This document shows positions 56,923 to 62,238 of a stretch of 62,238 bases of DNA, one piece after another. The translations under genes were made by a program, and so were the position numbers. Under the pieces are notes generated by a model that saw nothing but the letters and a program-made list of their open reading frames with translations, made no database searches and was not told the DNA's origin. Position 1 is the stretch's first letter. Each line of letters begins with the position of its first letter. The stretch is from positions 765,439 through 827,676 of the forward strand of contig CP070836.1 of NCBI GenBank assembly GCA_020341795.1, read 5' to 3'. Origin of the DNA: Thermoplasmatales archaeon (GTDB taxonomy: Archaea; Thermoplasmatota; E2; DHVEG-1).

Positions 56923-57324
56923 ATGCCATATCGTATAGCATCAGATGAACAGATTAAAAAATCTTTAAAAAAAGTTATAACAAAATGTAGAACAGTACAT
57001 TCACAGAGCAAGCTTAGAAGTTTAATTTTAAGAGAATTAAGTAATAAGAAAGAAAAATTTACAGTTAGTAAGGCAAGACTTCGTAAAATTGCAATAAATA
57101 CCAATTTTATAAGATTTGAAATTCACTCGCGTGAAGGTGATCCTCGCAAGACTATGAATAAATGTCCTGTTTGTAGTTCAAATTTAAAACGTGTTAAAAA
57201 CCTTACTATTTGGGGTGGAGAGGTGACCATCGAGTTCAAATGCAGTAAATGTGGGTATTGGACTGGTAAGAAAAAAAGAATTCCTACACGGTATGATTTT
57301 CATCTGAAAAAAAGAAAAAAATAA
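56923..57324 (+). CDS. Basic zinc-ribbon protein of unknown function
   Basis: 133 aa; CPVC...CSKCG ribbon in the C-terminal half and a Lys/Arg-rich tail. Confidence 0.5.
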   Translation: MPYRIASDEQIKKSLKKVITKCRTVHSQSKLRSLILRELSNKKEKFTVSKARLRKIAINTNFIRFEIHSREGDPRKTMNKCPVCSSNLKRVKNLTIWGGEVTIEFKCSKCGYWTGKKKRIPTRYDFHLKKRKK

Positions 57325-57338
57325 GTTAATATCAAGAT

Positions 57339-58781
57339 TTAATTATATCCTCCAATTTTTAGACTTGGATCGCCTATGAGCAACCATTGTTCAACATTTT
57401 TTACAATTAATGCATCACCTGTGTTAGATGGATCAGCCCAATTAATATTTTGATTATCGAGAAAAGCATCTACTGCTTTACCCCAACATTCACCTAAAAT
57501 ATCAATATCATTTTCCCCATATTGTTCAAAGAAATGAATATCAAGTCTTTCACATCCACCTACACCACTATCGATGTCTGATGATTCGTAACTAAAAGCA
57601 GTTGATGCAATAGTTGCAATACTTCCTCCATTAGATTTACGGACAAGAGTCCATCCCCAACATCTTGGAATATTATATTTTACACCATAGCTACTATAAA
57701 CCCAATCAGTATGACCCAGACTTACATTAAACATGTTATTAAAGCAACCACTTGCAGATAAACAAACTGGCAGTTTATTTCTATTTATAAGTAACGTGAA
57801 ATGTCTTAATTTGATATCAATCCAGGTTTTACTATCATTATAGGGATGTGTACCCCAAAGATGAGGACCTCCATGCCCTGAAAACCAGACAAAACCACAA
57901 CCCCTGTTAATAGGTATAACTATATCAATCCAATTTTTTAATTCACCATTTGAAACCCAAATTTTCACATGTTCAAAATCAGACATATATGAAAGACCCT
58001 CTTGTGTATAAACCTCACCGTCTATATAATCAGTTTTTTTTGGATAAGTATCACCTGCTATTGCTACTATATTTTTAAACCAGGAGTCTGAGAAACTACC
58101 AGTTTCATAATTAATAATTTTATTTACAATTGTTTTTACTTCATACTCATTACGACAAGGTAAACGACCCACAAATACATCAGGGTGAAGATCAGGAAAA
58201 TCAACAGCAGGTCCATTTTCTATCCATTCACCAAAGATTCCATTTTCGTTGTCATCCCAACTTGAAAAATTACCTTCAGAGTCATAAATATCTGCGAAAT
58301 ATAAATCGCATAGGAATTTATTCTCAATACGAGTGCTATAATTCCTATCCAAATACGAATATCTAACCGGTATCCACCATGTTTCCTCTTTAGATTGATC
58401 TTTTCTACCACCAACAAGAAGTACGTATTTTATTTCCCAGTTTTCATAGGCTTCTTTTATGAAATATTTAATATTTTCTGCATCGTCTGATCCAGTCCAA
58501 TATATTTGTTGATAAACCTCTTCATCATCGACTAATTTTGTTTTAATCCCATATTTATTTTTATGATCCACTAATGGCTGTAGATATGGGGTAAATTTTG
58601 TTGGAGCAATAATTAAAAGGTCATATGAATCATCTAATAAATTATTTATAGGTTTAGATATAAATTGTCTATCAATTAATAATTTATTTTGCAATGCAAA
58701 AACTTGAAAACTTGATATTAATATAATTGTAATAAAAAAAAATGTTCCAATCTTGGAAAAAATTGCACGATTGTTAGTCAT
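57339..58781 (-). CDS. Secreted peptidase C25 (gingipain-like) paralog
   Basis: Signal/TM segment. QPLVDHKN, NIKYFIKEA, LLVGG, GRLPC, WFSGHGGPH (His) and LSASGCF (Cys) motifs, and a terminal IGDPSLKIGGYN. Confidence 0.75.
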   Translation of the reverse strand: MTNNRAIFSKIGTFFFITIILISSFQVFALQNKLLIDRQFISKPINNLLDDSYDLLIIAPTKFTPYLQPLVDHKNKYGIKTKLVDDEEVYQQIYWTGSDDAENIKYFIKEAYENWEIKYVLLVGGRKDQSKEETWWIPVRYSYLDRNYSTRIENKFLCDLYFADIYDSEGNFSSWDDNENGIFGEWIENGPAVDFPDLHPDVFVGRLPCRNEYEVKTIVNKIINYETGSFSDSWFKNIVAIAGDTYPKKTDYIDGEVYTQEGLSYMSDFEHVKIWVSNGELKNWIDIVIPINRGCGFVWFSGHGGPHLWGTHPYNDSKTWIDIKLRHFTLLINRNKLPVCLSASGCFNNMFNVSLGHTDWVYSSYGVKYNIPRCWGWTLVRKSNGGSIATIASTAFSYESSDIDSGVGGCERLDIHFFEQYGENDIDILGECWGKAVDAFLDNQNINWADPSNTGDALIVKNVEQWLLIGDPSLKIGGYN

Positions 58782-59050
58782 AATAATATATAATACATGA
58801 TATATTATATTAAAATTTTGCCTTAAAAAATTTGTAAAAAGTTTACAGGAGAAATATAAGTTAGATTGAGACTTAGCACCTTAAGCAATTGGAAAATATC
58901 TAAAATTACAAACAACGCTTCTTGTTTTACATGCTGCAATTACATGACTAATAACAAGAGTTATCCGAAATTTTAAAAAATGGAAAGATTCATTACTTTC
59001 TTTAGAGGGAAGATGTGATCCATAAAGTTTAATATTTGGAGATGTGAAGG

Positions 59051-59275
59051 ATGTCTTTTTTTAAGAGAAAAACAATAATTGAAAAAATATTATTTAAAAA
59101 AATCATGACATCTAATAATAAAGATAAAATTTCTGAAGATTTATCCAAAAAAGAATCTAAAGTTGATATATATAAGAATAAATATTTCACGTTAAAGCAT
59201 CAGTATCAACAATTGGAAGAAGAGTATCAAGAGCTTAAATTAGCTGTTGATAAATTGCTTAATTTAGATAAATAA
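59051..59275 (+). CDS. Small coiled-coil protein (hypothetical)
   Basis: 74-aa ORF with GGAG-like sequence upstream and heptad-like composition in the C-terminal half. No other support. Confidence 0.3.
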   Translation: MSFFKRKTIIEKILFKKIMTSNNKDKISEDLSKKESKVDIYKNKYFTLKHQYQQLEEEYQELKLAVDKLLNLDK

Positions 59276-59403
59276 TAAGTTTATAAAAAACTATAAAAAT
59301 TAAAAAAGATTAATATTACAAAATCTTATTATCAAATAAATTTTATTTAGCATGAGAAGGAGACGACCATTATTGAATATTGGTTGGGGTGAGGCATGAT
59401 ACA

Positions 59404-61461
59404 ATGTTAAATAATTCTGAGAAATTAAAAGAAAAAATAAATGAAGGAACAGACGAGGAGTTCTTATCAATATATCTAAAAGGACGGAATCCTGTATTCG
59501 TTATTGATAGAAAGGGTAATTTATCTGATGCAAATGAAGCCTTTTGTGAAAAAGTAGGAGTAAAAAGTAGCGAATTAATAGGGCGGGATTTTGCCGATTC
59601 AAGGTTTCTTACAGAAGAGGCAAAAAAACAAGTTAGATATAGACATGTTTCTAGGCTCATCGGTAAAGAAAGTCCTAAATATACTCTTGACACAATTACT
59701 AAAGATGGAAGTATCCTCACCCTTGAAATTAATACTAAGCCTTTTATAAAAAACGGCCGTGTTGCAGGAGAAATAAATTTTGTTAGAAAAATTATACACG
59801 ATAATAAAATAAAAAAAATGAAAACAAAGAAGATAAAAAAAGAGGATATAAAAGCAAACATTGAACTTATTAGTGCAATGGATAAGATAAAACAAAAAGA
59901 TCGTGCGTTAAATAAGATAAAATTAGAATTTGAAGAGATTCAAACAAATTTTGAAAAACAAAAAAGAAATTTAAAGGATTTAACTCAAAGATGGATTGAA
60001 AGTGAGGCTGACCTTCAGCAAAAACAAGATCAAATAAAAAATCAACAGGATGAAATAGAAAAAATTCGACATAGACTTGAGATGCGTGAAAGAGAAATCG
60101 ATGAATTAAGAGAAGAACTTAGTGAAAGTAAGACAAGTTTTGAAGAAAAAAATTTTGAAATTGAAAAAATTAATAAAGATATCGAAGAAAAAAGCAAAGA
60201 TCTTACTGATAAAGTTGATGAATTAAAAACAAAAGATAATGAAATAAATAATCTTAAAATAGAACTTGATAAGAAAGTTAAAGAAGTACAATCTAAAAAT
60301 AACGAACTTGAAAAAAAATTAGAGGAAATATTAAATATTCAAAAAGATCTCGAAGAAAGTAAAAAAGAGATAGAAAATAAAAAAGCTGAGTCAAAGAAAC
60401 TAAAAATTGAACTTGATAAAAAACAAGAAGAAATAAATAATAAATTTGATGATTTTGACGAAAGAAATAAACTCATTGAAGAGCTTAAAAGACAAGTTGT
60501 TGAAAATCAATTAGAATCAGCTGAGAACAATAAAAATGTATTAAACCTTCAAACTATAATAGATCAAAAACAAAAAGAATTAGAAAAAATTACAATTGAA
60601 AAAAATAAAAAAGATGATGAACTGTATTTATTACAAACAAGTATTGATGAAAAACAAGAAGAACTTGATGTAAGAAACGAAGAGCTGAAACAATTTGAAA
60701 TAGAACTTAATAAAAAAAGCAATGATTTAGAAATAATAAAAAAAGATTTAACTAAAAAAATCAAAAATATTGAGGATAAAGAACAAGAATTAAATGAAAA
60801 AGAAAATAAAATAAAAAATTTAGAATTAGAACTTGAGAAAAATAAAATAGAATTAAATAATAAAACAGAAGAATTAAATGTTATAAAATCAGGAATTGAA
60901 GAAAAAAATAAACAAATTGAAGAAATTAAAAACAAATTTGAATTACAGATAAATGATTTGGAAATAAAAAACAATGAGCTTATAAATAAACAGAAATCAA
61001 TTGATGAGTTACAAGAGATACTTGATAGTAAACAAACAGAAATTGAACTTATTAGAAATGAATTACAGTCTAGCAATGAAGAACATAGAAATAATATTTT
61101 AAGATTTGAAGAATTAACTAAAGAATTCGAAAAAAATAAAAATGAACTTGATAAAAAAACCAAGGAAATTAAAAATAAAGAAAATCTCATATCTAATTTA
61201 ACAAACCAAGTTAGAGAAGGACAAAACGAATTAGAATCGTTAAATTTGGAACTAAATAACCGAAATGTAGAATTTAACTCAATAAAAATCGAATTTGAAG
61301 AAAAAATAATCCATTTAGAACAAATCCAAAAAGAGCTATCGGATAAACAGTATGAAATTGATAACAATTCAAAAAGATTAATTGAATTAGAATCAGAATT
61401 AAAAGAAGAAAAAAACTCAAGTAAAAATAGATATGTTAAAAAAATATCAAAAAAATTTTAA
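59404..61461 (+). CDS. PAS-domain protein fused to a very long coiled coil
   Basis: The ATG at 59404 is preceded by GGTGAGG. The N-terminal ~120 aa is PAS-like (NPVFVIDRKGNLSDANEAFCEKVGVKSSELIGRDF...KDGSILTLEINTKPF..NGRVAGEINFVRKI). It is followed by about 560 aa of E/K/N/L/I heptad-rich sequence. The ORF ends at TAA 61459-61461. Confidence 0.7.
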   Translation: MLNNSEKLKEKINEGTDEEFLSIYLKGRNPVFVIDRKGNLSDANEAFCEKVGVKSSELIGRDFADSRFLTEEAKKQVRYRHVSRLIGKESPKYTLDTITKDGSILTLEINTKPFIKNGRVAGEINFVRKIIHDNKIKKMKTKKIKKEDIKANIELISAMDKIKQKDRALNKIKLEFEEIQTNFEKQKRNLKDLTQRWIESEADLQQKQDQIKNQQDEIEKIRHRLEMREREIDELREELSESKTSFEEKNFEIEKINKDIEEKSKDLTDKVDELKTKDNEINNLKIELDKKVKEVQSKNNELEKKLEEILNIQKDLEESKKEIENKKAESKKLKIELDKKQEEINNKFDDFDERNKLIEELKRQVVENQLESAENNKNVLNLQTIIDQKQKELEKITIEKNKKDDELYLLQTSIDEKQEELDVRNEELKQFEIELNKKSNDLEIIKKDLTKKIKNIEDKEQELNEKENKIKNLELELEKNKIELNNKTEELNVIKSGIEEKNKQIEEIKNKFELQINDLEIKNNELINKQKSIDELQEILDSKQTEIELIRNELQSSNEEHRNNILRFEELTKEFEKNKNELDKKTKEIKNKENLISNLTNQVREGQNELESLNLELNNRNVEFNSIKIEFEEKIIHLEQIQKELSDKQYEIDNNSKRLIELESELKEEKNSSKNRYVKKISKKF

Positions 61462-61476
61462 AAAATCACAAAATAA

Positions 61477-62238
61477 TTAGATGAAAAAACAAATCTTGCA
61501 AATGATCTCAATTTTAAACTTAAAATATTTGAAAAAGACTTAAATGAAAACAGTAATAAATTACAAGAAAAAGAAAAAGCTATTCAACATCTTAAAAAAG
61601 AACTCGATGATAAAAAACATAATTTAGATTTTAAGGCAGAAGAGCTAAATGGAAAAGAAGATGAAATCCAACAAATAAAAAATCAATTAGAAGAAAAAAC
61701 AGAACAACTAGAAATAAAAGAACAACAAATAACAATCTTAGAATCTGAGATACAAAATAAAACTAAAGATTTAGAGTTTGAAATAAATGAATTAAACTTT
61801 AGACAACAAGAATTATCAGACTTAAAGGATGAATTAAACAGGATAAAAGAACAATTAGAGTTAAAAAATCAGCAAATAGAAACCCTACAAAATGAGTTAG
61901 AAGGAAAAAAAAGTGATATAGAACAGCGAAATGATGAATTAAATAAAAAAGATGAAGAAATAAATCAATTACAAAACCAACTAAACACAATAACAGAAAC
62001 ACTACAAAAAAATGAAAAAGAACTAGAACAAAAACAAGAAGAAATAACAACACTACAAAAAGAACTAAATGACAGAACAAGCGACCTCGAATGGAGAAAT
62101 AACCAACTAAACAACAGACAAGAAGAAATAAATCAATTACAAAACCAACTAAACACAATAACAGAAACACTACAAAAAAATGAAAAAGAACTAGAACAAA
62201 AACAAGAAGAAATAACAACACTACAAAAAGAACTAAAT
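61477..62238 (+). CDS. Coiled-coil reading frame with no start codon; apparent continuation of 59404-61461, running off the window edge
   Basis: Same frame as the upstream ORF, resuming after TAA (61459) and TAA (61474). It has 254 sense codons with no in-frame ATG, GTG or TTG and no stop before the window end. Confidence 0.55.
61954..62238 (+). repeat. Two identical 117-bp direct repeats (61954-62070 and 62122-62238) with a 168-bp period, inside the coiled-coil frame
   Basis: Both copies read gaagaaataaatcaattacaaaaccaactaaacacaataacagaaacactacaaaaaaatgaaaaagaactagaacaaaaacaagaagaaataacaacactacaaaaagaactaaat. The period is 56 codons. Confidence 0.9.

Noticed and set aside
59370-62221. Long minus-strand ORFs (59370-59861, 59599-59895, 60564-61367, 61799-62221) rich in Ser, Phe, Leu and Cys.
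   Set aside because: They are antisense shadows of the GAA/AAA/AAT-rich coiled-coil gene on the plus strand. They have low-complexity composition and no SD. The repeat inside 61799-62221 simply mirrors the 117-bp plus-strand repeat.
1-62238. Stop-codon reassignment (TAA read as sense), considered because of the in-frame TAAs at 61459, 61474 and 10546-10548.
   Set aside because: TAA terminates many well-supported genes at positions consistent with full-length homologs (for example larA at 9137-9139 and the XRE gene at 725-727). A genome-wide recoding is therefore not supported.
1-62238. Search for tRNA, rRNA, CRISPR arrays, IS elements, transposases, integrases and prophage genes.
   Set aside because: No GC-rich structured islands appear in the intergenic regions. 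There are no short direct repeats with regular spacers, and no transposase- or integrase-like ORFs. The only exact repeats are paralogous gene segments and the coiled-coil repeat.

Overview
AT-rich, densely coding window that looks archaeal: it carries pantoate kinase, CoaBC, an Hjc-type resolvase, MvhADG/HdrABC and ferredoxin-dependent 2-oxoacid oxidoreductases. It probably comes from an uncultured anaerobic, peptide- or organic-acid-fermenting archaeon. An Asgard/Lokiarchaeia-like origin is possible but cannot be shown from sequence alone. I found no rRNA, tRNA, CRISPR array or transposase.

Layout:
- 1-10.7 kb: accessory-like region with an XRE/membrane-protein pair, two secreted C25 (gingipain-like) peptidase paralogs, a C10 (streptopain-like) peptidase, nitroreductase, a radical SAM protein, LarA, dodecin, a cupin and a rubrerythrin-like protein.
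- 10.7-35.9 kb: the main feature, a 25-kb run of 22 tightly packed genes, all on the minus strand. It combines an anchorless FrdAB-like fumarate reductase, KorDABC, a single-chain tandem HdrA, HdrC, HdrB, MvhG, MvhA, a maturation protease, MvhD, a GlcD-like FAD dehydrogenase, a GlcF-N/ferredoxin/MvhD fusion, a Flx(DCBA)-like NAD(P)H module, a canonical HdrA, an HdrA with an embedded GltD/NfnB-like module, and a NifX-like protein. I read this as a candidate multi-input flavin-based electron-bifurcation hub.
- 36-62 kb: an internally duplicated wHTH regulator with sucCD; a beta-helix protein that shares a C-terminal module with one C25 peptidase; an unknown-hom-aor-aminotransferase operon; porGDAB; a paired MgtE-like/TrkA-C operon; CoA biosynthesis genes; Usp; Hjc; CBS proteins; a third C25 paralog; and a PAS-plus-giant-coiled-coil gene. 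That last gene is broken by two in-frame TAA codons and ends in perfect 117-bp repeats at the window edge.

All functional calls rest on motifs read by eye from the translations. No database search was run.
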